A program made the translations under genes and the position numbers. Shown here in pieces: positions 28,830-38,796 of a stretch of 47,099 bases of DNA. The DNA is from a virus. Its lineage: Duplodnaviria; Heunggongvirae; Uroviricota; Caudoviricetes. Positions within the stretch are counted from its first letter, which is position 1. Each line of letters begins with the position of its first letter. The notes beneath the pieces were generated by a model. That model was given only the letters and a program-made list of their open reading frames with translations, was not told the origin of the DNA and ran no database searches. The stretch lies in the IMG/VR virus record IMGVR_UViG_2534681604_000006, positions 1 through 47,099 of that record; one strand, 5' to 3'.

Positions 28830-29548
28830 TATTTACCTATAAGTGACATTCCACAAGAGTAAGAAATTCATCTGAGTCAGAACAATCATTTTTATGTAGT
28901 CATGATACAGTGTATTTGTTGCTGGTGAAGTAAAAACGAGAAATCCCGTTTTTGAATGCTGACGTGCTACGGCTTCATTGGATATTCTCTTTTGTCTCTT
29001 CTCCATTCCGTCGGTGTTTTGTCGAGATTGTTAGCATATTGTTATTGTTGTTTTTTTATCCAAGCGCTGCTCGATCATTGTAGATGGCACTATCGGGTAT
29101 TGAAGCTGCAGACATGTCGTATACAAAAGTCAGTTGCGGTTGGCTGGTGAACTTCCGATAGTGCTAGTATTGAATTATTTCCAGCCGTTATTGATTTTAC
29201 ATGTTTTTTGCATGAAAGGATTAACGCCTCCTCCCACCGACCCTCCATGACTTTACGCCACTATCTCTCAGTCTGCTATGTGCCAGATGCGGATGTTACG
29301 AACAGTTAAATATATTTATATTGCGGGGGCAGTTTAAAAGCATTACGGACGAAAAATTAATCGATCCTTGATAAAATCAGTCCAGCGATGACCATAATTT
29401 ATTCTTTCCTTAAATCAAACAAGTCATCCTTTCCATGGTTGTCTCATAAGTTATCCTTTGAAGAAATGATTAATTATGATGAAATTATGCCTTCTTTATA
29501 CAGTTGAAAAAGTGTTCATCTGCTTTTCTTGGCTAAGGAACAAATAAT

Positions 29549-32500
29549 ATGGATGAAATTTCCAGATTTATTGGAAAGATTGAGGTGCTTCACAAGACAG
29601 GATGTGCAACTGAACATTCGTACAGACCTGCTTTTATTGACCTCATCGAAAGCTTTAATAATGACATAACGGTTTTAAACGAACCTAAGCGCATTGAATG
29701 TGGTGCCCCCGATTTCATTATCCAGCGTGGAAATATTGTCGTTGGTCATTTGGAGGCAAAGGATGTTGGCGTGGATATCCGAAATCTCACAGGGCCGAAC
29801 AAAAAGCAGCAGCAGCGTTATCTTGATGCCCTACCTAATCTCATCTACAGCAATGGCCTCGATTGGGATTTCTACCGTGATGGGCAACTACTGGAATCGG
29901 TTACTATTGGTTCCATGGGGCTAGGTATCAAGTCAGATGCAGGCCAGTTCGACAAGTTGAAATCATTACTGGATGATTTTATTAGCCAGACACCTATCAG
30001 CATTACTAGCCCTCAAGAGTTAGCCGTGCGCATGGCGGGTAAGGCCAAGCTTATCAAACCTGTGTTCTTTAACGCTTTGGATGCTGATCTGCGATCTGGA
30101 AATGATACTGAGCTAGTTTTACAGTACAAGACCTTCAGAGACAACCTTATACACGGTATTGACCCGGAAAGTTTCGCGGATATTTATGCAGAGACCATCT
30201 GCTACGGTATGTTCGCAGCTCGACTACATGACAATACGTTGGATACGTTCAGTCGTCATGAAGCGTTGGACAAGCTACCCAAAACCAACCCGTTCCTAAA
30301 AAATCTATTCAGTTATATAGCTGGAAGCGGGTTAGACGAACGTATTGTTTGGATCATCGACGATCTTGCCGATATTTTTCGGGCAACAGATGTTGCGGCC
30401 ATCATGGCCGGTTTCGGCAAGCTCACTGGCCGACAAGATCCTTTCCTACACTTCTATGAAACCTTCTTGGCCGCTTATGACCCAGACAAACGCAAATCTC
30501 GAGGTGTTTGGTACACTCCGGAACCAATAGTAAATTTCATTGTGCGAGCCGTAGATGAAGTCTTGCAAACCGAGTTTGGTCTTAAAGATGGGCTAGGCGA
30601 TACATCGAAGATAAAAATCCCATGGGACACTGGCCAGCGTAAATTGACCAAGTCTGGTAGACCTACGGCCGATGGAAAAAACTTTATCACCGAAAAAGAC
30701 GTTCACCGGGTTCAGATTCTCGATCCAGCTACCGGCACTGGCACTTTCCTGGCGGAGGTAATCAAGCAGATCGCCCAAAAGGTTAACGATGTAGCGCCTG
30801 GCATGTGGAGTGGCTATGTCGAAAAGGAGTTGATTCCACGCATCCACGGATTCGAAATTATGATGGCCTCCTATGCAATGTGCCACATGAAACTGGACAT
30901 GATACTCACCGAATTGGGTTACAGGCCAAGCAGCAATCCACCGCGCCAATCAATATACCTAACTAACTCACTGGAAGAAGGTGACCCACCTAACTATAGC
31001 TTGCCATTCGCTAGCTGGCTTGCCACCGAAGTGAAACTCGCCAATACCATCAAGCGTGATATGCCTATTATGTGCGTGATTGGCAATCCACCTTATTTGG
31101 GCGAAGGCGGCGTTTCAGAAGGGTGGATTGGTAGACTTATGGACGACTATAAAAAAGAACCCGGCGGTAAGGAGAGGCTTAGGGAACGCAATCCCAAATG
31201 GCTGAATGATCTATATGTGAAGTTCCTGCGTATCTCCTCGCACTGGGTTGAAAAGAACGGTGAGGGTGTCTTGGGATTCATTACCAACCACGGCTATCTG
31301 GATAATCCCACCTTCCGGGGCATGCGTTGGCACTTGCTTCATACTTTTGACAAGATTTGGATTCTGGATTTACATGGCAGTTCCAAAAAGAAGGAGAAAA
31401 CGCCGAACGGTTCCATGGATGTTAATGTCTTCGACATAATGCAGGGGGTGTCCATCATAATCGGCGTTAAGAAAAAGCATAGTGGTAATGGTCTGGCTGA
31501 AGTAATGCGAGGTGATTTGTGGGGCAGTAGGGCGGAAAAATACGAGGCTCTGAGAAATCTTAACTTGACAAACGAGCTTTTCAAAAAAATTGAAATAAGA
31601 CCGCCTCAATATCCCTTTGTTACACAGGACTGGACTGATTTTGAAAGTTATCAGTCCGGATTTCCTATTAATATTTTTATGCCGGTACATGGAAATGGGA
31701 TTGTCACAAAACGGGATAAATTGAATATTCACTTTACTCCTAATGATGTTAAGCAAGTCGTTGAAGATTTCCTGACGCTCAGTGAGTCTGAAGTCCGGAA
31801 TAAATATAAACTTCCAAATGATGTCAGAGACTGGCGATATGAATGGGCTAAACAGGACATCGAAAGCAGGGTGGGAAAAATTCCAGTTCAGAAAATTGGT
31901 TATAGGCTCTTCGATCGTCGTTTTATCTTTTATTCGGGGAAAGCAAGAGGACTTATTGGTTGGCCAGTGGCACATATCATGGAACATTACATTCGTGGAA
32001 AGAATATTGGGTTACTGACCACTAAAGCACATAGAGATGCTGATTTTGCTCATGTATTTATAACTGATCTACCAACGGAAGCCATTCATTTCTCAGCTAC
32101 TAGTGGCTCAAATGCGATGAACTTTCCCCTTTACCTCTATCCGAAAGACGATCTGACAAAGCCCCAAGTTAATTTCGAACCCAAGCTCTTCGCCCGCTTG
32201 CAAAGATTGGCTGCTCATTCTGATTACGGCATACCCAATGAAATCGTTGTCTTTGATTATATTTACGGTGTGCTTCATTGTCCGCTCTACCGCAAGGCTT
32301 ATGCGGAGTTTCTTAAAACTGACTTCCCGCGCATTCCTTGGCCAGCCAGCCCGGATGAGTTTTGGCATGTCTCAGTCAAGGGCGGCGAGTTGCGGCGCTT
32401 GCACCTAATGGAACCATCAGCCATAGGTGATACATCATTTAGCTTCATGGGCGATGGCAATAACGAGGTGGATACCATCGGCAAGGCATCTTTCCGAGAA

Positions 32501-32725
32501 GGCAAGGTTTTTATCAATAAAACCCAGTACTTCGTATACGTTCCGGAGAATGCTTGGAACTTTCGTATCGGTGGCTATCAGCCTGCTCAGAAATGGCTCA
32601 AGGATCGCCAAGGGTGTACTCTGTCATTTGAGGATATAAGGCACTACCAAAGAATTATTAAGGTGCTCATCGAAACTGATCGTATTATGGCAGATATTAC
32701 AATGAATCTGGGTATTAAAGTCTAA
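29549..32725 (+). CDS. Single-chain type IIL/IIG restriction-modification enzyme (MmeI-like)
   Basis: N-terminal PD-(D/E)xK motif (APDFII...GHLEAKD), AdoMet motifs GVWYTPEPIV and ILDPATGTGTF, catalytic NPPY (VIGNPPY), C-terminal target-recognition region. Confidence 0.75.
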   Translation: MDEISRFIGKIEVLHKTGCATEHSYRPAFIDLIESFNNDITVLNEPKRIECGAPDFIIQRGNIVVGHLEAKDVGVDIRNLTGPNKKQQQRYLDALPNLIYSNGLDWDFYRDGQLLESVTIGSMGLGIKSDAGQFDKLKSLLDDFISQTPISITSPQELAVRMAGKAKLIKPVFFNALDADLRSGNDTELVLQYKTFRDNLIHGIDPESFADIYAETICYGMFAARLHDNTLDTFSRHEALDKLPKTNPFLKNLFSYIAGSGLDERIVWIIDDLADIFRATDVAAIMAGFGKLTGRQDPFLHFYETFLAAYDPDKRKSRGVWYTPEPIVNFIVRAVDEVLQTEFGLKDGLGDTSKIKIPWDTGQRKLTKSGRPTADGKNFITEKDVHRVQILDPATGTGTFLAEVIKQIAQKVNDVAPGMWSGYVEKELIPRIHGFEIMMASYAMCHMKLDMILTELGYRPSSNPPRQSIYLTNSLEEGDPPNYSLPFASWLATEVKLANTIKRDMPIMCVIGNPPYLGEGGVSEGWIGRLMDDYKKEPGGKERLRERNPKWLNDLYVKFLRISSHWVEKNGEGVLGFITNHGYLDNPTFRGMRWHLLHTFDKIWILDLHGSSKKKEKTPNGSMDVNVFDIMQGVSIIIGVKKKHSGNGLAEVMRGDLWGSRAEKYEALRNLNLTNELFKKIEIRPPQYPFVTQDWTDFESYQSGFPINIFMPVHGNGIVTKRDKLNIHFTPNDVKQVVEDFLTLSESEVRNKYKLPNDVRDWRYEWAKQDIESRVGKIPVQKIGYRLFDRRFIFYSGKARGLIGWPVAHIMEHYIRGKNIGLLTTKAHRDADFAHVFITDLPTEAIHFSATSGSNAMNFPLYLYPKDDLTKPQVNFEPKLFARLQRLAAHSDYGIPNEIVVFDYIYGVLHCPLYRKAYAEFLKTDFPRIPWPASPDEFWHVSVKGGELRRLHLMEPSAIGDTSFSFMGDGNNEVDTIGKASFREGKVFINKTQYFVYVPENAWNFRIGGYQPAQKWLKDRQGCTLSFEDIRHYQRIIKVLIETDRIMADITMNLGIKV

Positions 32726-32729
32726 AATT

Positions 32730-32759
32730 GTCAGGGCTGCTTTGGCAGCCCTGACTTGC
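32730..32759 (+). terminator. Hairpin/terminator after the restriction-modification gene
   Basis: Perfect 11-bp stem GTCAGGGCTGC tttg GCAGCCCTGAC followed by a T-containing tail. Confidence 0.5.
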
Positions 32760-33074
32760 TCCCAGTAGTTAAATACTCCACGATATTAAAATGCCTTACG
32801 AACTTCCGATTTTCGCTCATAACAGATATTTACTAGAGTTATGGTAGAAGGTATGTATGCTGGTTGGGGATAGTGTGAAAGAAAAGAAGACTGCTGCGCC
32901 GTTTGTCGTCACGTTGATCTTCATTGGCTATGCAAGTCATAATGCAAGGTGGGACAAAACTGAGACACATAAGGCCTCACAATGGCTTGTAAGGCTTTAC
33001 ATATTTTGATATGGAGGGACGTGTGAGCGCAGTGTTGATGGGGTAATACTTTGAATTAGAATCGGATTCTTATA

Positions 33075-33120
33075 ATTCGTAATGCGAAGGTCGTAGGTTC
33101 GACTCCTATTATCGGCACCA
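33075..33120 (+). other. 46-nt copy of the tRNA-Thr(CGU) 3' end, anticodon loop to CCA (prophage attR; attachment site used by the downstream island)
   Basis: ATTCGTAATGCGAAGGTCGTAGGTTCGACTCCTATTATCGGCACCA folds as the 3' two-thirds of a tRNA; the 5' part is absent, so this is not a functional tRNA gene. Confidence 0.75.
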
Positions 33121-33727
33121 TCAAGAAAATCAATAACTTAGCTTAACTTCTCTAAGAAATTGTATCTTCTGTTATCACTTACAAACGCCTATACGTTGTT
33201 ATGGGCTTTGGTAGTGTAACACGTATGGGCGAGTAGTTCACAGGCTCAACCTCGTAACAAGTTCCTTTGAAGCTGGAAGACGTGCCACCGTCTCTAAACC
33301 TTCTACCAAAACTCTTAGCAAGATGTTCCACACCTGGCGCGGTGTCCAATGATGCTACACGTCGTGAGACGTTGCAGAGGATAAACAGGCTAAATGATGG
33401 GAAGAGTTTTAAGTGCAATAGTGGATCAAAGCCCACCTCTTCAAAACCTAACTTGATCGGGAAAGAATCAAGCTCTAGCACGGTTTCGTCCACCGGAGTA
33501 CAACGGGTGCCTGATAAGAGAAGAACTGCTAAGACTTCATAGCTTTTGTGAAAAAGCCCTTTTTAGTGGATACGCCTACGGCGCTTATTTTTTGGGATAG
33601 CCCATCAAAGGCGCTTTATGGCTCCTATTGTCTTGAAAATGTATCTTTACTTGTATTGTGTTTTATGCGTAGTCTCCCTGTGTAGTATGTAACTTGTTAA
33701 TTTTCATATGAATACAGAGGTAACACG

Positions 33728-33886
33728 ATGAAAAACATTGCAGCTATCAAACGTAATAACCGCAAGATTCACGCTCGTAAGTTCCTGTCTACGCCAGAAG
33801 GAAAAGCCTGGCTAGAGCGTAAACAGAGAGAGAACGAAGAAAGAAAACTCCTTAGTGAGTTGAAATGGCTTAGAGAGGATTTCTGA
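33728..33886 (+). CDS. Small basic hypothetical protein (52 aa)
   Basis: ATG at 33728 preceded by GAGG; below the 60-aa cutoff of the ORF track. Confidence 0.3.
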   Translation: MKNIAAIKRNNRKIHARKFLSTPEGKAWLERKQRENEERKLLSELKWLREDF

Positions 33887-34177
33887 AAATCTCCAGAACG
33901 CAACAGGACGCATTCTAACGCTGTTTTCATTGCTTGGTATAGGGATGTATAGGTGATGTGTGTTTAATGCGTCTGTGAGCTTGTTTTGTGCCTTATTTTG
34001 CATTTTCATAATGCAGGAGAGAACACGGAAAACCTTAAAATTAATTATTGGGGTATTTAAGGCTATTTTCAGGTTATTTAAGGGTATTAAACTTGATTTA
34101 ATTGATTAAAATATAAACAGATAATTATGTATCTTATTGATTTATAAGGTTATTTTTAAATAAAGGTAAATAAAAAA

Positions 34178-34227
34178 TAAATAGCCATAAATAGCTATAA
34201 ATACGTCTAAATACATCTAAATACCTA
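34178..34227. repeat. Five tandem 10-bp iteron-like repeats
   Basis: AAATAGCCAT AAATAGCTAT AAATACGTCT AAATACATCT AAATACCTAT, one helical turn apart. Confidence 0.7.
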
Positions 34228-34703
34228 TATCCCTTCCTTATGGCTAGATTGCGAGAGGTGCTTAACGCGATTTTCAGCGCCCCCCGATCTGGAAAATCCA
34301 GAATCCCCAAATATCAGCAAGGAATTTTCTTGCGTAATCAACATCGTTTTTACCTATTAAATCATTACACAGAAAGCCTTTCTGTAATGTCTCTCACTAA
34401 ACTTTCACTAAACACGAGAATGATCGGTTTTATGTCGGATCAGATGCTAGAAACAGCACCACGTCTCACAAGGGCTGTAAGCGATGAAACCAGTGTTTAT
34501 GCGGGTACAGGTCAAAATATAGGCCAAAATCCATTTAACATAATAATCGTAATATGCACTAAGGAACACATAGAACGCCTTGAATTGATGTATCAGGGGA
34601 AAAGTGATGGATTTTTTACGTAGGAGCACGAAAGGGCTTCTATTGACTTTTGTATGTTATGAAATATAATTAAAGGTTTTTTTGTTTTTATCGTGTGATG
34701 TAG

Positions 34704-35150
34704 TGGATTACACAGGGGAATAGATTAAATGGTGTTCTGTTTATACAGGTTTATTTGTTAGATCAACAATTTGGCATTTCTAAACAGATGTTTGAACGTT
34801 GCCAAATGCCTTGACAACACAAGAAAAGGGCTTGCTATGCCACGCATTACACGAAATAAGGCTGTAAAAACAAAATAAATTTTAAAATTTGCACAAACGA
34901 GAGAACTCATTAAGAAACAAGCAGAACAATTTTTAGCCAACAATTTCTGATGGTGCTCTGTAAGCCGCATTACACAAGGCTTTGCGAAAGTGATGTAAAA
35001 GTGAAGAAAGTAAGAATTGCACTTTTAAGCTACTTTTCATTGAATTTTTTAGTATGGAATTACACAGGGAATAGAGAGCATTATTCTATGATTTACACAG
35101 GGAATATAGGGGGATTATGGCACACACATAGAAAGGCATTACACAGAGTG
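34704..35150. repeat. Dispersed ATTACACAGGG(AATA) direct repeats, at least six copies
   Basis: GGATTACACAGGGGAATAG, CATTACACGAAATAAGG, CATTACACAAGG, GGAATTACACAGGGAATAGAG, GATTTACACAGGGAATATAGG, GCATTACACAGAG. Confidence 0.5.
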
Positions 35151-35191
35151 CTATGTGACAAATGGATGTAACGAGAGGTTACATTCAGCTA

Positions 35192-35326
35192 CCCCCACAG
35201 AATTCTGTTAATCTTAACTTTTAAAGAGATTTTTACCCTAACAAAATTCTGTTACCCCACCCTAACAGAATTCTGTTAGACACCCCCACAGAAAACTGTT
35301 AGACACCCCCACAGAATTCTGTTACC
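35192..35326. repeat. Array of five direct repeats each containing the palindrome ACAGAATTCTGT
   Basis: Palindrome copies at 35197, 35241, 35265, 35288 and 35311, the last four at about 23-bp spacing, each flanked by CCC(C/T)...TTA(G)ACA. Confidence 0.7.
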
Positions 35327-36542
35327 TATTAGATCATTTATTAAATTACTTATTAAATTATAATATTATATATTTATTTATATGATCTTTTGCCTTCCGG
35401 CGTTAGCTTCACTCTCTGGCAAGCAGCCTTACTCCGCTACCTTTGGGCTTCGTGGCTGGCCCGTTCCGCTCACACCGAAAGCAAAGCGTTACTTTCTTCG
35501 TGTAACTTCGTTGGCGGTAACGCCCACGAAGAAATACTATTGCGCTGTGCGCAGTAAGAGTAATCACCTAACCAATCATACTGATTGCTTACGTGTTAAC
35601 TCTCTCTAACTCTTAATTACCCTCCTACATTTAATAACTCTGTTATTCTCTGTAGTTGTGTAATTACTCGAAGAGAGAGCGGCTAAAGCTCAATTACACT
35701 CTGCTTTCCTCGTGTAATTTCACTAAGCCTCAATACAATTTCACTTCCTACATTCTGTAGTCGTGTAATTGTTTTCGGTGGAAAAGCCAGAGGCGACACC
35801 GAAAGAGAATTCTGATCTTATTAATCTTATCTATCTTAGTTAATCTTCTTACTTATCTTACTTACTTTATCTACTTTATTATTAATAATAGCTTTATAAG
35901 CTCTGTGTAGCTCTCTGACGCAAGAAACAGCATTCAGGAAGGGAATCACCTTAGAAAAGTGTTCTTTGCGTCATAATGTGTTTTATGAAGGATTCAGAGG
36001 TGTTTCATAACAGGAGTGTATAGAGGATACTTTAGGTAATTAAAAATAAGGGGTCTAAATGCTTCTCTAACAGCATTAAGCAGGGTAGGGAATGGAAACG
36101 CATTGCCTACACATATAAGCTCACTACAGAGCTTTACAGAGCGTTTTATAAAGTGACTCTCTATCTTATATCTACCATCACCTTTTCATATACCTAACAA
36201 ATACAAAATAAGCCCCTTAAATAAGCCTCTGGCGAGCTAAACAACCTCTACATAAGAGAATGTATTGCTTTTATCAAAACTTCGTTAGAACGCGTTTTAG
36301 AGCGTTTTAGACAATAATGAAGAATAGCACTACACAGAAGAGCACGAATAGCTAAGAAAAAATGTAAGTGCATGAAAAAGATCAGTTTTTTTATGGAAAG
36401 GTATTGACAAATGTTTCTTTATATGTAATAATAGGTATTAGAGGGACAGAAAAACATTCTTCTCTAAATAATCAAAATCAATGCACTTTGAAGCCGTCAG
36501 GCTTGCAAGGTGTTTTTCTTTTAACTGAATAAGGAGTTTTTT

Positions 36543-36731
36543 ATGAAATGGTTTACCCCGGAGCACGTCATCTCGGCATTTAAAAAAGGTGAGCTTACAC
36601 GCCATCAAGTAGTAATGAATCGTAATATGGCAAGGAGTCGAGGTTATCCAGAGCGAGCAGCTTGCTTCAATGAAGCACTCAAGATTATTGATGAACTAAG
36701 AAAAAATGAAAAAGAATCTGAAACAGAGTAA
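36543..36731 (+). CDS. Hypothetical small protein, first gene of the island operon
   Basis: 62 aa; strong RBS AAGGAG 8 nt upstream. Confidence 0.55.
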   Translation: MKWFTPEHVISAFKKGELTRHQVVMNRNMARSRGYPERAACFNEALKIIDELRKNEKESETE

Positions 36732-36750
36732 AGAATAGAAGGAGAAAACT

Positions 36751-36918
36751 ATGAGCGAAACTAAGAAACCAATTCCGCGCACTTACCTACACGTTGACCC
36801 TGAAATCTTCAAGGTTTTATTTGCTGAAGCCAAGAAAAGGCAAATTATGGTCAGTGATTTGATGTTAGAAATCATTACTGAAGCAGCAGAGAACATCAAA
36901 CAAAAAAAGGGTAAGTGA
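36751..36918 (+). CDS. Ribbon-helix-helix-like small DNA-binding protein (55 aa)
   Basis: ATG at 36751 with RBS GAAGGAG; N-terminal beta-strand-like RTYLHVDPEIFKV followed by helices; not in the ORF track because it is under 60 aa. Confidence 0.5.
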   Translation: MSETKKPIPRTYLHVDPEIFKVLFAEAKKRQIMVSDLMLEIITEAAENIKQKKGK

Positions 36919-36969
36919 TCCTCATTCACTTTAGTAGCGCATTAAGCGTGATTTATAAGGAGATTTTTA

Positions 36970-37623
36970 ATGATTAATGAAGAACAATTTGTAAAAGTTC
37001 CTATGTGGATTCTAAAAATAAGCCAAGTAAACGGGCATAAATTTACAGATAGTGCTAAAAACCTTTACTGCTATCTGAAAGGGTTTGATCGTGCATTTCC
37101 CTCTTACGCTAAGATAGGCGATGTTTTTGGCATAACACCAAGAGCAGCAGAGGAAAGGGTTAAGAAATTGCTCGAAATGGGATTAATTATAAAAGATGCA
37201 CGACCAGGAAGTTCTAATGTCTATCAAGTGGTAGATATTCCACAAGAAGAAGCTAGACAAGAAGCCAAGACACAACAAGAAGCTACTGTTAAAGCTGTTC
37301 CTGATCAGCTTCCCCCTACGGAAGATAATAAACAGCCTTCTTTTGATGTTCTTGATGATTGGGATGCGCCTTTGCCGTGGGAGACGGAAGAAACACCTGT
37401 TTCATCAAATGAAAAGGTAGCTAATGATAATGAGGAGGATGTGTTAGAGAATTTTGCCTCTCTTATCATCCGGGAGAAACACAGAAGAACAGGAGGATCA
37501 TCATTTATAGACTTTGCAAATTCACTAGCTTATAGACACGGGCTAAAACGACCAAATGGTATTGAGGCATATTTTGCTAAGAAACATCCCAAAGTATATG
37601 AAGACTTTGATATTCCATTTTAA
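36970..37623 (+). CDS. HTH-domain protein, putative replication initiator/organiser
   Basis: 217 aa; N-terminal winged-HTH-like region (KNLYCYLKGFDRAFPSYAKIGDVFGITPRAAEERVKKLLEMGLI), acidic linker, basic C-terminus; RBS AAGGAG. Confidence 0.55.
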   Translation: MINEEQFVKVPMWILKISQVNGHKFTDSAKNLYCYLKGFDRAFPSYAKIGDVFGITPRAAEERVKKLLEMGLIIKDARPGSSNVYQVVDIPQEEARQEAKTQQEATVKAVPDQLPPTEDNKQPSFDVLDDWDAPLPWETEETPVSSNEKVANDNEEDVLENFASLIIREKHRRTGGSSFIDFANSLAYRHGLKRPNGIEAYFAKKHPKVYEDFDIPF

Positions 37624-37634
37624 TAAGGAGGGTT

Positions 37635-37913
37635 ATGATTCAATATTTAGTAAAAAATCAAGTAGACAGAATTCAGTGTAATGACACAGGAAAACGCATC
37701 TATGAAACACTTGCTTACCTCTATAAAGGAAAGCCAACACCGCTAAAATATAGCGATGTGTTACATCGAGCAGGGTGCTCTGAAGATGGTTTAAAATTCT
37801 GGCTTAGACAGCTATCAAATTTCGGTGTTATAGAGATTAAAGAATTATCTTTCTCTACATTCAATCTCAAAAGACTGGATAAAGAAATAGACTTCATCTA
37901 TTCCACTCTCTAA
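37635..37913 (+). CDS. Hypothetical protein
   Basis: 92 aa; RBS AAGGAGGG. Confidence 0.55.
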   Translation: MIQYLVKNQVDRIQCNDTGKRIYETLAYLYKGKPTPLKYSDVLHRAGCSEDGLKFWLRQLSNFGVIEIKELSFSTFNLKRLDKEIDFIYSTL

Positions 37914-38045
37914 AATCTCTCTATGTAATTAAAATATAAAAGGAAAACATTATTATGGTAATAGCTATGTGGTGGTTGTTGTTTTTTATGCTCGTAGAAA
38001 CATACTTCGGGGTGTTTTCCTTTAAAAGAAAAGGAAAAGTAAATA

Positions 38046-38456
38046 ATGGCAAAAAGAAAAAACAACGTTGTTAAGAAGATCGGTGATTCAGCTTCTCTTC
38101 TAAGTAAACCTAAATCTATTCTAAGACGCAAAGACTTTAAAGAGCTAGTTACGCTCACCAAGCAAAATAGCGCCCCTGGCGAATGGAAAACAGAGATTAT
38201 AGAACATTCTCCCTCTGTGCCTTGCGGAGATGAATTTAACGCCTTACAAGAAATCTTATCTTCAACACCTGGCGTATTCTGGAAACCTAGAAAAAGAAAA
38301 GAGTATATCGTTGATAGCTCTGATTTGCGCAAATACCAGATTTTAGGATTTGAAGATTATAATCACTACGTCGGTTATCTCGCCACCAATGGCCTAAATA
38401 ATTTAGTTCCTGAATTCCAAATTTTAGATAATGCTGATCACTATGGAGACTTTTAA
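38046..38456 (+). CDS. Hypothetical protein with basic N-terminus
   Basis: 136 aa; RBS present. Confidence 0.55.
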   Translation: MAKRKNNVVKKIGDSASLLSKPKSILRRKDFKELVTLTKQNSAPGEWKTEIIEHSPSVPCGDEFNALQEILSSTPGVFWKPRKRKEYIVDSSDLRKYQILGFEDYNHYVGYLATNGLNNLVPEFQILDNADHYGDF

Positions 38457-38457
38457 T

Positions 38458-38796
38458 ATGAACAAAAACACGTATGACACAATTTATTCACTAATTAATT
38501 ATTATGAGGATGATTACCTCCTGCCTTTAAACCGCGCTGAACTTGAAGCATACAAAGAAAACACGCCAGCGGCACTAAATGAGGCGTTTAAACACTGGGA
38601 TTTAGCTGTGAATGCCTTTGAGCACCTCTCTAAGCGTGTAGAGATGCTCTGTAAGCGTGAGAACGCATATCTAACAGCGGATCAGCTATTTGAGCTATCA
38701 AACTGGATAGAAGATATTGAATCGGACGTTCGCTATGTGGGAGATGGCCTTATTGAACTAGCTCAACGCTTAGGCGCTGCTATCACAGAAGAATAA
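38458..38796 (+). CDS. Hypothetical protein
   Basis: ATG at 38458 with GGAGA RBS, directly after the upstream stop; ORF track lists 38431 as an upstream alternative. Confidence 0.5.
   Translation: MNKNTYDTIYSLINYYEDDYLLPLNRAELEAYKENTPAALNEAFKHWDLAVNAFEHLSKRVEMLCKRENAYLTADQLFELSNWIEDIESDVRYVGDGLIELAQRLGAAITEE

Larger units (their letters stand above)
1..33120. mobile_element. Lambdoid prophage with Mu/SfV-like contractile tail (right-hand part; window starts in the nin region), including AT-rich defence cargo and ending at a 46-nt tRNA-Thr 3' copy (attR)
   Basis: Continuous phage gene order nin-Q-tRNA-lysis-terminase-portal-head-sheath/tube/TMP-baseplate-tail fibre-invertase, then cargo, then tRNA-Thr 3' repeat at 33075-33120. 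Confidence 0.7.

Noticed and set aside
28956-29150. 64-aa ORF in the divergent intergenic region between the two defence genes
   Set aside because: Cys/Leu-rich improbable product with no RBS; the region is better explained as promoter space.
33179-33542. Overlapping ORFs 33179-33493 (minus, GTG start) and 33267-33542 (plus) at the island left end
   Set aside because: They overlap on opposite strands, lack RBSs and have low-complexity products; cannot tell which, if either, is real.
34240-34623. 127-aa ORF directly downstream of the iterons
   Set aside because: No Shine-Dalgarno sequence (unlike every gene in the island operon) and odd composition; more likely part of the non-coding control region.
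33990-36000. Possible CRISPR array among the island repeats
   Set aside because: Repeats are short (10-23 bp), irregularly spaced or directly tandem, lack uniform spacers, and no cas genes are present; they look like protein-binding sites.
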